Below are positions 48,289 through 62,010 of a stretch of DNA of 64,000 nt, one piece after another. This DNA comes from Gracilinanus agilis (Eukaryota). The DNA lies in contig NC_058135.1 of the NCBI RefSeq assembly GCF_016433145.1, positions 235,929,549 through 235,993,548 on the forward strand. The letters are read 5' to 3'. How positions within the stretch are numbered: position 1 is the stretch's first letter; each line of letters opens with the position of its first letter. The position numbers and the translations under genes were made by a program. Below the pieces are notes generated by a model that ran no database searches, was not told the origin of the DNA, and saw nothing but the letters and a program-made list of their open reading frames with translations.

Positions 48289-51200
48289 AGGAAGGGCAGC
48301 AGGAAACTCAATCATTCTAAGAACCAAGCTCACAGTCAGGCTTCCATTCTTCTCTCAGCCCTCCCCCATGCACATACACCCTGAGATATTCTGAGTTCTA
48401 CACCATTCTTTCAAGCCAGAGACATTCAGAGATATTTTTCACTGACTTTGCATTGGAAAGCTATCTCGTCCATCCTCCTGCCTTCGGGTAGCTCTGACCC
48501 TAAACCATTCAGATGGATAAAGTGATGTGTGAATGTGTCTTGTGTATGAGAGAGACAGAGACAGCTAGGCAGAAAGTGAGACTATCTTACAGGTTACACT
48601 ATCATTCTCTTTAAAGAGTTTTTCCATCCTCTGCTGCTAGATCTTGCATAGGTTCACCCTAAACCCCTCAGAAGCAAAGATGGCCATTTTCTTCTCTTGA
48701 TTTCACTGGAGAGCAGCTGCTCACCACCCACCCTAGAATAACTATCATACATCTGTACCATTTCCACATCCATCCTCCTCACACTTTGGGAACAAGGGAG
48801 GAAGGATGTCAGTCTCCTTTGTCTGGGACTGGAGTGTATGCCTTCCCTCTCAAGACTTAGCTGTTTGATCGAGCTGAGGTATTGGGATGAGGATGGGTCT
48901 CCAGGTGCCACAGGATGGGAGTGCAGTGGCTACCTGTTTCCTGTAGCCTTCTTTGCACATCAAAGACTGAGCTGGGTATGTTTTAAGAAGATTGAGGACA
49001 CAGAATAGGGTGAGGGGAATCAAGAAGGGAACAAGGGATTCTTAAAATATGTCAGGCAGTTTGAGTAGCGAAATAATTGCAGTTCTGTGCTGGTCTCTGG
49101 ACAATCTAGGAAAGCCTTTTGTGATTGGTGGATAAGCCCTTTGGTCCAACTTTCTGTCCTCTCAGAGGTGTAACACACAATTGTTTTAAAAGTCTCTGTG
49201 GAAGTCAGAGTATTCCTATTTCCAGGTCTGCATAGTAGAACACTGGACAGACCCCAAGGTTTGAGCCAGCAAGTGATCTGAAGTTGATTCCTTCCTGTCT
49301 CTGGGTTATGGATGGTGACTCATCTGTAAAATGAGAGCCTTGGAAGAGATGGTCTTCAAGGGTTTTTCTGACTGTGATTTTATGAGATAAACGATAGGCA
49401 AATGAGTCTGTAAGTTATTCATGGAGTACGTTTGGGGTGGTGTGGAGCCCTGTGTAGACATGACCTAAATAATAAAGCTCTTCTGGGATATGTGTAGACC
49501 AAGTCTAGTTCTAATGTGAAAGGGCCAAGCGCTAAGGTTGTAGGGTGCAGAGGAAAGAGCAATAGATTTGGAGAGAGAGGAACTAGATTTTGATCCTGCC
49601 TCTACTACAACTATTTGTGTAACCTTGAATCAGTGACTTTACCTCCCTGGGTCTCAGTTTTCTCCTCTGTAAAAATGAGGATATTGTCCTAAATTACTTC
49701 AGAAGTTCCTGCCAACCCTAAATCTGTGATCCTTTAACAAGTCTGATGTTTCATTGTGAGCCAGCTTTTCCTTTGCCTTTCTGGGTAGTCTCGGACCTTC
49801 TATACCCTTAAGTCAGATAGTCCTGGCTCAAGAGAATACCACTAATACCAGGGGGAATAGAGATTATACTTCTTCGTGCATAACATTTTACCATTTACAA
49901 AACATTCTTATGTTTATAATCTTATTACATCTTTATATCAGCCCTATGAGGTAAGTCACACCTATTTTATAGATGTGCAAGTTGAGTCCCCAAAACAGGG
50001 AGTGACTTGCCCAAGAGACACAGATTTAATAGTCAAGACAATAGGGCAAGACTTCTAATCCCCTTCTTTTCCATACCTGGTTCTTCAGAGGATACTTCCC
50101 TACCCTCCCACATTTAGTCCTACTATGAATGTCCTTTTGGCTGCCCCCTTTTGGGGAAAAGATCTAAGAATAGTGGACTGCAAGCTCAGTTGGAGTTAGT
50201 TAAACATGGTAGCCAATAAAAAGTTAATGAGTTATTAAGACTTCCTTAAAGGAAGTATAGCATCCACAATGAAGGTGTTGCCCTCTGCCTAAACTTTATT
50301 CTTTCATAGGTACTATATTTCAGGAAAAGAAGCTAGAGCCTCTCTGGAATGGGGTGGGAAGGATGGAGAGAAGAAGGAATCGGGGGATTTTCTCCTGGAA
50401 AAGAAAAGACTGGGGGCTAGTATGATCCCTAAAGGACAGGCATGTGTAAGAGGGATTGACCTTATTAATTTCAGAGATTTAGAATTATACAAGATCTCAG
50501 AGGCCATTTACTCCACCTCCCCTTATATTTTACAAATGAGGAACTGTAGTCCTAGAGGAGTGATGTGACTTACCCCCAAGACCTAATTAGGTAATACAAG
50601 GAGAGACGAGATCTGAATTCAGGGCTCCTCACCCCAAATCCAGCATTCTTTACTCTGTGCCATCTGCTTCTCCTTAGTAGGTTAAGAGAGCTTTCTATCT
50701 GTCTGAGCTGTCCAAAAGGAGACTGGTCTGCCTCTGGAGGTGGTGGGTCCATTCCCTGGGGATCTTTCAGCAAAGAAAGGTCACTAATGTCAAAGAGGGG
50801 ATTCTTGGTCAGGTACAAGCCAGATGAAATGGATGCTGGGGTTCTTCCAAACTTAGAGATTCTGTAATTCTGTTCTCCCTTTTTTAAAAACCTGGAACCC
50901 CTGGGCTTCTTTTCTCAGTCTCAAGGGTATTAAAAACTTACTGTTGTGCTGAGAACAGCAGGACATGGGAACATGTAGGGCAAAACCCACTGGGACTTCA
51001 TGGACATGCTGAGTTCTCAGAACTGGGAGATTTTATGTTCCCATGGGGTCTATTGTCCCTTCTCAGCTCTTAGAAGCTTAAGCTCCCCTAGACTTTTCCA
51101 TATTCCAATTAAAACTAGGCAATTGAGGGGCTGAGGCTAGGCACTCATCTGATTTAAGACCAGCTTTGTTCATGGGGCAATAGGAGTTCCAAAATTATCC

Positions 51201-52040
51201 TTTTGAAGGGAAGAAATTCCCAGTCTATGGGAAGGGGACCTAAGACTTCTGGTTTGCTTCTGGAGGTGGGGGAAGGATTTCTCAACATTGGGAGTCTAGT
51301 TAACCCTGCATCTAGACCTAATCAAATTTTCTGGGAACCCCTAATCCTAGGGTTCATTTCCTTACATCCATACCACCTGAACATTCATATATTCAGTCAT
51401 CAAACATTTATTAAGCTTGTATTATGTGAAATTCAGAGAGGCAGGAGAATGGAAAAAAATTCTGCTATACTTTGAGTCAGGAGACTGGTTTAGATTTCAG
51501 CCTTGATGCTTGTTGTGTGTCCTTGACCAAGTCACCCCTGAGCAACATAGGCATAGTGTTTCAGGATCCTCCATGGCCGTGTAATCCAACCCATACACAC
51601 TTGAAAAATCATTCCCTCAACTACAAACCCAAGAATAGATTATCCAACCTTTGGATAAAGGTTCGTGATGAATGGGAAACCACTTATTCCCATGGTATCC
51701 CATTATACTTGTGGATATTTTGGATTTTTTGGAAGTTTAAGGCTTAATTTACCTCTTTGTAACCTCCACCCATTGCTCCTAGTCTTCCCTCTCTCCCTCC
51801 CCCCCCCCCCCCCCCCCCGGGGCCAGGTAGAAAAAGTCAATCCCTCTTCCATGTGACTGCTTTTCAGATACTGGAAGAAACTGAGCCTGACCCACCTGCC
51901 CTGAATCTTCTTTGAACTAAGCATTTCTTACTCCTTCAGCTCTTCTTCAGAGATTGTGGTCTCTTCTCCCCTCACCATCTTAGTTCGACTCCTCTGGAGG
52001 TTCTCCAGCTTGCCAGTATCCTTAAAAAAATCCTTACCTA

Positions 52041-52580
52041 GGGGGCAGCTGGGTAGCTCAGTGGATTGAGAGCCAGGCCTAGAGACGGGAGGTCCTAGGT
52101 TCAAAGCCGGCCTCAGACACTTCCCAGATGTGTGACCCTGGGCAGGTCACTTGGCCCTCATTGCCTACCCTTACCACTCTTCCACCTATAAGTCAATACA
52201 CAGAAGTTAAAAACAAACAAACAAACAAACAAACAAACAAAAAAATCCTTACCTTCCATTTTAGGATTGTTACTAAGTATTGGTTACAAGGCAGAATGGT
52301 GGTAAGAGCTAGACAATGGTGATTAAGTGATTTGCCCAGGGTCATGCAGCTAGTAAGTCTCTAAGCCTGGCTCTCAATCCACTGAGCTACCTACCTGCTC
52401 CTACCAGTGTCCTTTTTCTTTTTTTAAAATCCTTATCTTCTGTCTTAGAATCAATACTGTGTTCTGATTCCAAGGTAGAAGAGTAGAAAAGGCTAGGCAA
52501 TGGGCATTAAGTGACTTGCCCAGGGTCACACAATTAGGGAGTCCAGGACCTCCTGTCTCCAGACATGGCACTCAATCCAC
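52041..52580. mobile_element. Cluster of three SINE1_Mdo-like SINEs: young + copy 52041-52240 with (CAAA)n tail and TSD AAAAAAATCCTTACCT, then two older - copies
   Basis: TSD at 52024-52039, repeated ending at 52254. Antisense bodies at about 52245-52400 and 52410-52580. Confidence 0.85.
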
Positions 52581-52599
52581 TGAACCACCTAGCTGCCCC

Positions 52600-52930
52600 T
52601 ACCAATGTCCTTCATAAAATGAGGTCCTCAAAAACTGAATCTTACATTCCACATGTGGTCTAATCAGGGTTGGAAAAACCCCAGCACAATTGCCTCCTTA
52701 TTTCTGGAGCCATCTTTCTCTTCATTCAGCCCAATTTCACATTAGTTTGTGTAGCCACCATATATCACTGTTAACTCACATTGAACTTGCAGTTCACTTA
52801 GATCCCCAGATCTCTTTTTTTTTTTCAGGTGAACTTTAGCCTAACCTTGCCTCTGTTGCTTTTGTGAAGTTGCTATTTTGAACATAAGCACAGGATTATA
52901 TTTATGTCTGTTAAACTTAATCTGATTTTG
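52600..52930 (-). mobile_element. L3/CR1 fragment
   Basis: tgtggtctaatcaggg...cacattgaacttgcagttcacttagatccccagatct. Confidence 0.7.
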
Positions 52931-55099
52931 CCTTATGTACTCAGTGTTCTAGATGAAGATAATAATGGCACTACTTAACCCTTCAGGATTATTGCAAGTC
53001 AAGTATTTGGCCACCTTTAAAGACAGATAAACGTGGCCTATTGCTATCATCGTTGTTAGTAGATCGTTGATCTGTTGAGAATGAGGCATAGTTCTGGCTT
53101 CACCAGGTTCACAGTTTAATCGGTGAGATGAGACATGTCCAGTTGGATGACATTCCTGTGTACATGATGGGATGTAAAAGTCCATCAGAGAGGTTCTGCT
53201 GCAGGAGATCAGAGGAGATAGATACTCCTTCTGGCGGGGAGATCAGAAAAATCTTTGTGGAGGATACATTTAAAATAGGCTTAAAGAATGGAAAAGGATG
53301 GGCTAGATGGGAGTGCTCAGAGGATCACAACTGAGGGGCCTAAGGGGAAGGAAAACCCTCTTGTCTTTTAATGTGTGTGAATGTTTATGTGTATATGATG
53401 ATGGCGATGATGACCGAGACATACATGGTGTCAGGGAAAACGGCCAATACATGCCAATTATAGAACTAACAGAGTAAGAAGAGAAAAACTAAAAAAAAAC
53501 AAAACCCAAACCACTAAAAAACCATCCGCCATATTGGTTTGGTCATATCAAGCACAATGATTACAATATGGACTACTTTAACCTCAAAGCCAGGTTCCCA
53601 GGCAAGCTATGGGCAGGTTAGCTTCATTGAGAGTTTTCTAGAAGACTACATTAAATTTGGTTCACCAACATTTAGGCATCACAAAGGTTGCTTACTCTGG
53701 GCACCATTTGGAAACATCAGAGAGACGTGTGTCTTGGCACACATCTAGGCAGCATCTCTCTCTGCCTACCTCCACCCCATGTCCATCCTCACATAGCATG
53801 GTCTTTTCCTATCCCTACTCCCAGTCATAAATTCAATAAGAAGTTTGCTTTTCAGCTTTCTTTCTTTTATTTTAAATTCAATTTTATTTTACTTCCATTT
53901 CAAATGATCTTCTCCTTCCCCCTCTCCCACCCACCGAGAAAGCAAGAAAAATAGAACCCATTGCAAATATGCAGAGCTGCACAAAACAAATTTCTGCATT
54001 GAGATGTGCCCGCTAGGTTACCCTCTCTGGGAGAGAATGGGTCTTTATTTCTCTATTCAGAACCCTGCCAGCTTATACACTTGGTAAATGAAGGCTCTGG
54101 GCTACTGGTATTAATGGTAGTGATGATGATGGTGATGCCTGACCATTGAGGCTAGCAATGGACACTGGTCCCTTGTGGTCCTGTTGGCTCTGGTTCCTCT
54201 GTTCCCTTGTTGGCCAGTTTGAAGAGATTTATGATCTCCCAGGCAAGGGTGGAGATGCCAATCTATAAAACCTGATGAATTTAGGGCATGAAACTTGCCC
54301 TCCTGACCATGGATCTTTTTGACAGGAAAGGGGACAGCGGCCCTAAGGTGGAGCAGGGGACATTCTTCAGTCCAGTGGTGACATAGATGCTATCAAAGAC
54401 TAGAGCAAAAGGCCTTGCTTTGGCTCTGTGGGATTGAGGAGGCCTAGACCACAGGGAAATTCAGCTGATAATGGGCATTTCCCATTTGCTCAGGGACCTC
54501 CCATCATTGGGACCTAGGCCAGACCTTGGGTTGGGATATTGAGTGGTGGAAGTGAACAAGGAAGGAATTATGCATAAGACCGTATAATAATAAATCCTGG
54601 CAATTTCACAAGCTCAGGATATAATTTCTTAATTTCCACCCCAAGCCTGCCTAGGAGGTTCTTCTAGGGAAAGAGTAATTCCCTTCTTTGCCTAAACCTA
54701 TGTTCTACACAAAAACACTTGACAGAGTTTCCTGGGGCTCAGGCTGCCTCCAAGAAAGGGCCAGGCCAGGCTTGAGCAGCAGAGGGGTTCCTGGCTTGGA
54801 TTAGTCCCTTTTGTTCCCATGACAACAGAGTCTTTTCCTGTCCTTTCTTCCCAACCCAGAAAGTCTCCTTGGAGACTACTGGGCACAAGTCCCTCAAGCT
54901 TTTGCCCAAAACCTGCTTTCTTCCTGTCCCAGCCTGTTTTCTTCCATCCTCTGGGCTTGTGGGCCTCCCTTAGTGTGGTTGGCTGCAGGGACCCCTTGGG
55001 TGGGATGGGGTTGGGCTGGGGGCAGGATAGTGATGGGAGCCACTTTCGCCCATTTCCCCCTGACTCCAGGCTGGGATTTTCAAACCCCAAAGTGAGGCT

Positions 55100-55222
55100 G
55101 AAGAGTGTGGTGCCACTTGAGGGCCGGCAGAGAGAGGCTGAGCAGCCCCCCCCTGCGCCCCCAGCCTGGGAAGTGACGCTGTGTGAGAGACGGAAACAGT
55201 TTTATAAAGTGATTCAGTAAGT
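55100..55222 (+). promoter_or_regulatory. Candidate alternative promoter / first exon
   Basis: Local CpGs, GGAAGTGACG (ETS plus half-CRE, 55169-55178), CGGAAAC, donor TCA|GTAAGT at 55216/55217. Confidence 0.35.
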
Positions 55223-56477
55223 ACAGCAGGGGTGGGGGGGAGCCACTGTGAAGCCCCTCCTGAAGATCTGGTGAGAAAGGGGCCAGACAGCAAGGCGTAC
55301 CTACTAGGTATTCTCCTCTTTAGGGGTCCCTCTCGGACGAGCCAAGATCTCTCTTTTCCTGGGGTCACAATAAGAAATGGTTTGGGGACTCAGAACGGCA
55401 GCCAGATCTTGACTTGGCTTGAGCCAATGTCCTAATTTTCCTCCTGGAGCTGTCTTCCATCTTTGACCGTCCCTTTGAGAATGTCCCCTTCTCCAATGCC
55501 CTCACGATGGTGAGCAGATTATTCCTCACCGCCTCACTGACCCCTTCTTCCCTCAGTCCACGAAGGCCAAGGATGAGTTTCTAAAAGACTTTAGAAGCAC
55601 TTAATAGAAATTAATGATACATGTAAAACCCAAGTGGAATTGTGCATTGGCTACAAGGGGGTCAGGGGGCTTAGGGTAGAGGGAAAGAACATGAAACATG
55701 TAACTATGGGAAAATATTCAAAATAAAAAGAGAAATTTAAAAAAAAGGGAAAAAAGAAACACTTAATAGAAAGGGTAGAAATGGAAAATGAATGACCTTT
55801 CAGAGAATTATGGAATCATCCAAATTTTCCCCCAAATCCCATTCAATTCCCACAGAAGATTGATATAAAAAAAATACAACTCAATTCCCATGTTATTGGC
55901 TGACATTCCTCCACAATTGCCTTGTAGAGTCAATAGTGAGAGCATTGTGGTTCCCATTTTATAAGGGAGCCTCAGAGATGCAAAGTCCCGTGCTTACCTG
56001 TTGGAGCCTTGGAACCAGGTCTGTTGGCTCCAAGTTCATCTGTGTAACCAGATGCTGCCAATAGCTTTCATGAAAGCACCAACTTCTCTCTTATTCTAAG
56101 GCTACCTGTAGGCAGCAGATCTAAGCAGGGAGAGCCCGGGCCCTGGGATGGGTCTTCCTAAACTGGCCCTTCCACTACAACTATCTGTCTGAGTGTATTG
56201 ATAGGAGGTATCGCCAGTGAGTCAAGAGAGAACATGCTATGGTAGAGTTAAGGCTTTCGGGATCCATGTTACCACCATAATAAGGTCATCTGAGCTGGGT
56301 AGGTCTTAGACCACCTTAAACATGGTGGGCCATCATGCAGCTTTTCTCACCAAGAGACAGTTAGCTAGAAGATTGTAATGCATGCCACACACATTACATA
56401 GACGAATTCTTTTACCCAGCATAAAACTGAGCATTTGAAAGTAGATGTGTTTTCTCTGAGGAATGAGTCTTTAAACT

Positions 56478-57006
56478 GGGAGTGTTCTTAACTTTTTTTT
56501 TGGGGGGGGGTAATGGGCAATCTAGTGAAGCCTTTCTTGGAATGATGATTTTAAATGTATTAAATAAAATACATCAGATTACAAAGGAAAGAAATTATAT
56601 TGAAAAAGTGATTGGGGGCAGCTAGGTGGTTCAGTGGATTGAGGCAAGCCTATGGAAGGAAGGTCCTGGGTTTAAATATGACATCAGATACTTTCTAGCT
56701 GGGTGACGGTGGGCAAGTCATTTAACCCTTACTGCTCTTCTGCCTTGGAACCAATAGTATTGATTCTAAGACAGAAGATAAAGGTTTTTTTTTGTTTTGT
56801 TTTGTTTTCTTAATGATCAACAAGTGATAATACATGTATAACCCAATAGAATTGTTTGTCAGCTCCGGGAGGGGGAAAGGAAGAGGGGAGGGAGAGAAAA
56901 TGAATCATGGAAACATGGGGAAAATTTTAAAAATAAAGAATAGAGAAATAATGATCAAAAACATTATTTTCTATATTGATCCCAGACCCCAGGTTAATAA
57001 CTCCTG
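56478..57006 (+). mobile_element. Charlie4-like hAT MITE split by a SINE1 (56614-56810) and an L1 3' tip (56815-56945)
   Basis: gttcttaacttttt...aataaaatacatcagattacaaaggaaagaaattatattgaaa; tail cagaccccaggttaataactcctg. Confidence 0.75.
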
Positions 57007-57819
57007 GCCCAATTGAAAGCAGCACAAGGGATCACCTTGCTATGATTAGCGTTATCTGCAGAAAGCCTTTGAGTGAGAGAGGCTAGTGCCCTTGGCAGGG
57101 CTATTGGCAGCAGATATCTCCTGCTTCCTTGGCTCATCTGCCTTTTGTCTCCTTGATTATGATGATACACAGGGGAGTAGTGAAGGGATTGGAAAGTGTT
57201 GTAAGGGACATAGATATCACTCTTTTTTTTTTCTTAATATCTTACCTTCAGTCTTAGTATCCATTCTAAGGCAGAAGAACGACAAGGGCCAGGTAGTTGG
57301 GGTTAAGTGACTCACTCTGAGCCTTAAGACTTAACTAATTTTTTGAGACAGTTACCATTGCCAGTCCTTATCCCCAAGACCTCAGGCAACTTTCAGCTCT
57401 AGACTTTGCCAGAGAAGAGCGACACAGGGGAACACAAACACAGCCATCCTGGTAGGATAGAACTATCCAAATAATCAGACTCCTCAGAGTCACATTATTG
57501 TGTCACAACATAGCCTTTTCTTTTTTAGATCCTGGTCTTCTTCTGTCAACACATTTAAATCTATAGCCATAACATAAGGGCCAAGTTAGTAGCAGCAACC
57601 CAGAAGCATGGCTGCTTCCTGCTTTTATCTGCCGCCTACAGGGAGTTGCAGAATGAGTTCAGAGGCAGGTATCCTCTTTAGGGCTGTTGGTACCAGCTGT
57701 TGCCTTCCTTCCACAATTCACCAGAACTCCCCTAGGATCATAGATTTAAACAGGACCTTAGAGGGCCACTTATGCCATCATTTTACAAATGGGGAAGCAG
57801 AGACTCACTAAAATTCCTT

Positions 57820-58040
57820 CTTCTCTAGGAAGCCTTCCCTATCCCCTCTTAATCCCAGTTTTCCCCTCGTTATTTATTTCCTACTTATCCTACATATAGC
57901 TCGCTCTTTGTATATGTTTGTTTGCATGTTGGCTCCCTCATTAGATTGTAAGCTTCTTGAGGGCAGGAACTGTCTTTGGACTCTTTTTGTATCCTCAGCA
58001 TTTAGCCCAATGCCTGGCACACAGCAGGCACTCTGATAGA
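57820..58040 (+). mobile_element. L2 3' end
   Basis: attagattgtaagcttcttgagggcagg...cagcatttagcccaatgcctggcacacag. Confidence 0.8.
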
Positions 58041-59554
58041 TTGGTCGAATGAATTAAGAGCAATGTGACTTGTAAATATTAAAGACAAGATTTGAACTCT
58101 AGTCTTTCCAGCTCCCAAGTGCAGTACTTTATCTACTATCCAGCAGATGAAATTAATATTTATAAAGTGCTTAGCACAATGCCTGGTACCTAGTAAGCAC
58201 TTAATAAATGCTCATTTCCTTCCTTTCTCCATATTTCTATTTCTTATGTTTTTCATTCTGCCTTCCTCAGTAGTTTTTTCATCTCCGCCTTCATTGCCTG
58301 ACTACCTCCTGGTCTCTCTTTGAGTCCTGATCTTTTAGCCTCCCTGACTGGCCTTTTTGGTTTCTGTTGATCAATCAGTAAACACATATTACATGTCTAC
58401 TATGTGCCAGGCACTGTGTAAAGTGTTGGGGCTACTAAAAGAATTAAAGACAATCTCTGACCTCAAAGAAGTTACAGTCTAATGGGGGAAACCATATGCA
58501 AGCAAAAATATACAAAGCAAGAGATAAATAAGAAATAATTAACAGAACACATTACCGCAAACAGAGATGAGGCTCATCTTCTGCATAGTGTTAGGGATGT
58601 CGGATTGAGATTCAGAGAACCTCGGTTCAAGTCCCACTTCTGCTTACAATCTGTGCTGGGCAAATCACTTAATTTCTCTAGGCTCCCTGCTAAATAGATA
58701 AATTACCTTTTTGGTTTCTACCTATGTAAAATGAGAGGGTTGAACCAGATGACCTGTAAGGTCTTTGAGGTCTCAATTCTACAATCCCCTAGTTTATACC
58801 TTCCCCAGTGGACCTAGTGCCTGTTCACTTACCCCTGCTCAAAGTTTATGAAAAGGGGAAAAGCTAAATTAATCAGAATATATAGCTGAGAACAGAAGGA
58901 TTTGCAGAGCTGGGGAGACTTTCAGCCCAGTGGGGAGAATAGTAGAGTCTAGACCTGATTTGGCTAGCTCAGCTTAAGGGCTAAGACTGCCCCATCCCTT
59001 TTGTTTCATATCTAAATTCTGTCCAAAGCAGGATACTCATTCAGCCTACTTCTATCCCTAGGAGAATTCTGGCTTTTTTTTGCCTATTGCTAGGACACTT
59101 AAAATACCAAGAATATTTATAGAGGATTATCTAACCCAATCCTCTCATTTACACAGGTAGAATGTGAGTCCCACAAAATGGAAGTGATTTACCCAAGGTC
59201 ATGCAGTTGCTTTGGTAGTGGCAGCAGACCTGAGACAGACCTAGGCCCTCTAATATCCTTTTTCTGCTATGGTGAGTAGCCTCCATTGGATTCAGGCTTG
59301 CTCTCACCCTGGACCAGTCTAGGTCTTGCCATGACTCATGGCCTGCCACATTGATTATTGCCTGCCAGGCTGAAGCCTAGACTGACTTTCTCTTCATGCT
59401 TCAACTTCTTGTCCTCAGCCGGCTTCCTAGGAAGAGTACCTAGTTGGCTAGTGTCTAGAAGGCCACCAAGACCTACTCCCTTCCCTAGCCCAGTTGGATC
59501 TTTACATTTTTCTATCTGAGGGACCTCTTGATTCTCAACTTTCTAACTTAACTT

Positions 59555-59750
59555 TCTTTTTCTTTTTTAATTTTAAAATTCTTATCTTCTGTCTTAGTAT
59601 TAATTCTAAGAAAGAAGAGCAGTAAAGGCTAAGGAATGGGGGTTAAGTGTTAAGTGATTTGCCCAGATAGGAAGGGTCTGGATCCAGATTTGAACCCTGT
59701 TCTCCCAACTCCGTGGTCTGGTCCTCTATCCTCTGAGCTACCTTGCTGTC
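59555..59750 (-). mobile_element. SINE1_Mdo-like SINE
   Basis: ttcttatcttctgtcttag...gaagagcagtaaaggct...ccagatttgaaccc. Confidence 0.75.
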
Positions 59751-61834
59751 CCTCTCACCTAATTGTCAATGAGTGGCCATGCACTTCCTGGCTCTGGTTA
59801 CTAGCCTCACCCAATTTCCCTCTCATTTTCCTTCAATGACTCACAGTGGCCCCAGGGGTGGGGATGAGGTTCCAGCATCCCCTCTTAGACTCTGGCCACA
59901 TCTGTAAACATTCCCATCCCAGAAGAGAAATAACAGCTGATGCCCACCCGTGGTAAGAGAGAGGTGGTTTGGGTCCAAGAGCTGCTGGCAAGTCCCTCTT
60001 CTAGCCCTCCCCATTTGTGCCTTCTGACGAAGATGTGACGAGAATGTTCTTGGAATGCCACCCAGGTCCCAGCAGCTGCTAAGGGCTATCAGCCCCACAG
60101 TGCAGCTATTGGCATCATCCATTATCTTCACGAGCGTAACAGCCCTTGAAGGACTGCAATGAGCTGGGCTGAGAGCTTGCCTGGTTCTTATTAGACTCAA
60201 GAGGCTCAGGTAGCCATGGAATATGCCAAGCCAGAGACTAGACAGACCTTCAGGGTCAAGGGAAGAGAGAGGGGCCAGACATTTGCAGACCAGAACAGGA
60301 ATTCAGAAGGCAGATCTGGGGATTAGAGATTTGAGGCAGGAAGGGGAGATTATTCTCAGGATGTCTAGAATCCAGGACCAGGGAAATCTGTCTTTACAGG
60401 GCAGAGCATGCCATTGGGAGAGGTCCTGAGGACTGATGGGGACACCTTTGTGTGGCACCTGGCATACAAGGCAGGAGCTTCGGCTCCTAGGAACCAGGGT
60501 ACAAAGACCAGTGTAGAAAGAGTGATCCCATCCTCGTACTATCACCGCCATCCCCTGCCCCCTTCTCAGAGCCAGGACTTGTCCTTGTGTCGTGTACCCA
60601 GCAGTGATGATCAGAGGTTAAACACCACAAGATGTGCCTGGGGCAGCTTTAAGTGACAAATTCAGGTGGGAGGGAGGTCCCCGAGGAGAGAGCTTAGGCT
60701 GGGGGTCACCACCCCAAGGGGGAAGGATAGGCACCCACTCTCATGGGTGGAGACCCTCATACACTGAGAGATTATTACTAAAGAGGTTGCCATTAGGGGA
60801 GGAAATGGGGTGAGACTTGGTCTAGCTGGAGTTCTTGGGAGCGTGGCTTCTGGTGGGAAGAAGACAGTGCTGTTGGGTAGCTTCCTATTCTTGCTAAATA
60901 GATGCTAAACTCTTGTGCATTACTTTTTTAATGGAGGGAGGGGATGGCGTGCTAACAGCACTTTCTAGGCCAAGGCTCTAGGGACAAAGGCTTGGCCACC
61001 CTGTCCTGTTACCAGTGGCTTCGAAGGGTTGGGGGTCGGACCAAACAGGCAGGTGGGGGGTGTCAGCTTGGCTGGCAGAATCAGAGGGATACATGAATGG
61101 GAGCCAAGGAGGATTCTTTCATGCCTGTGGCCAGGTCCCAGTCCAGCTTGGGAATGTTCTAGGAAAGCCCCACGGTAACATTTTAGGAAGGGTTAGCTCA
61201 GAGGACTGGAACTTGGGGCTAATGTGGCCAAGGTCAGAGGCTTCAAGCACTCTCATTTTTCAAAACTGTGAGCAGAATGTCCATGCTACTGAACGAGAGA
61301 TGAAGACTGAGCACCCATGGGGAGAGGTTAATGGTGTAATCACATAAGATGGACAGCTCAGTGGGTCTGGTGTCTCTTTAATGATAGGCATCAATATCCA
61401 TCCTTCTAACGGCGGATAACCTCAAAGGTCTCTTCCAGTCCCAGCGTCCTGTGATTCTCAGCTTCATTATTGGCCTGCCTGGTAATTAGCATATGGTAAA
61501 TGGTTCATGTAAATGACTGTAATCACTCTTCCTTAGACCCAGCCAGTCTTGACATTTCTGGAGTCACCTGGGACAAACTGGCTTTCACGTAGAGCTGAAA
61601 ACTTCATGGTCATTGGGGTGGGACGATCCACAGGGACGATGATGTTGCTTTCCTAGGCAATAGAGAGGATCTGAGAATGTTAATTCTGGAAGAGAACCTT
61701 CGATCCATTCTTCTCATTTTATAAATGAGAATATGTAGGCTCAGAGCAGGGAAGAGACTTTCCTAAGGTCACACCATGGGCTAATGGTGGTGGGAAGACT
61801 CCAACTTGGGTCTTCTAAGCCCCTGTCCTGGCAT

Positions 61835-62010
61835 TTTTTTTTAAACTCTTACCTTCCATTTTAGAATCAATACTCCACATTGGTCCCATGGCAGAAGAGA
61901 GGTAAGGGCTAGGCAACGGGAGTTAAGTCACATGGTTAGGAAGTATTTGAGGTCAGATTTGAACCCAGGAACCTCCTGTCTCTAGGTCTGGATTACTGAG
62001 TCCCCTTCAC
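61835..62010 (-). mobile_element. SINE1_Mdo-like SINE
   Basis: aaactcttaccttccattttagaatcaatact...gaggtcagatttgaacccagg. Confidence 0.8.

Noticed and set aside
51799-51818. C20 homopolymer as an i-motif or G4 element
   Set aside because: No supporting context, and homopolymer length is error-prone in this gapped assembly.
54061-54083. 23-nt exon candidate (TTCAG|...|GTAAAT)
   Set aside because: Frame-shifting length and a moderate donor; such matches are common by chance.
60570-60665. 96-nt exon candidate with a strong acceptor
   Set aside because: Stops in all three frames, only a moderate donor, and no other support as a UTR exon.
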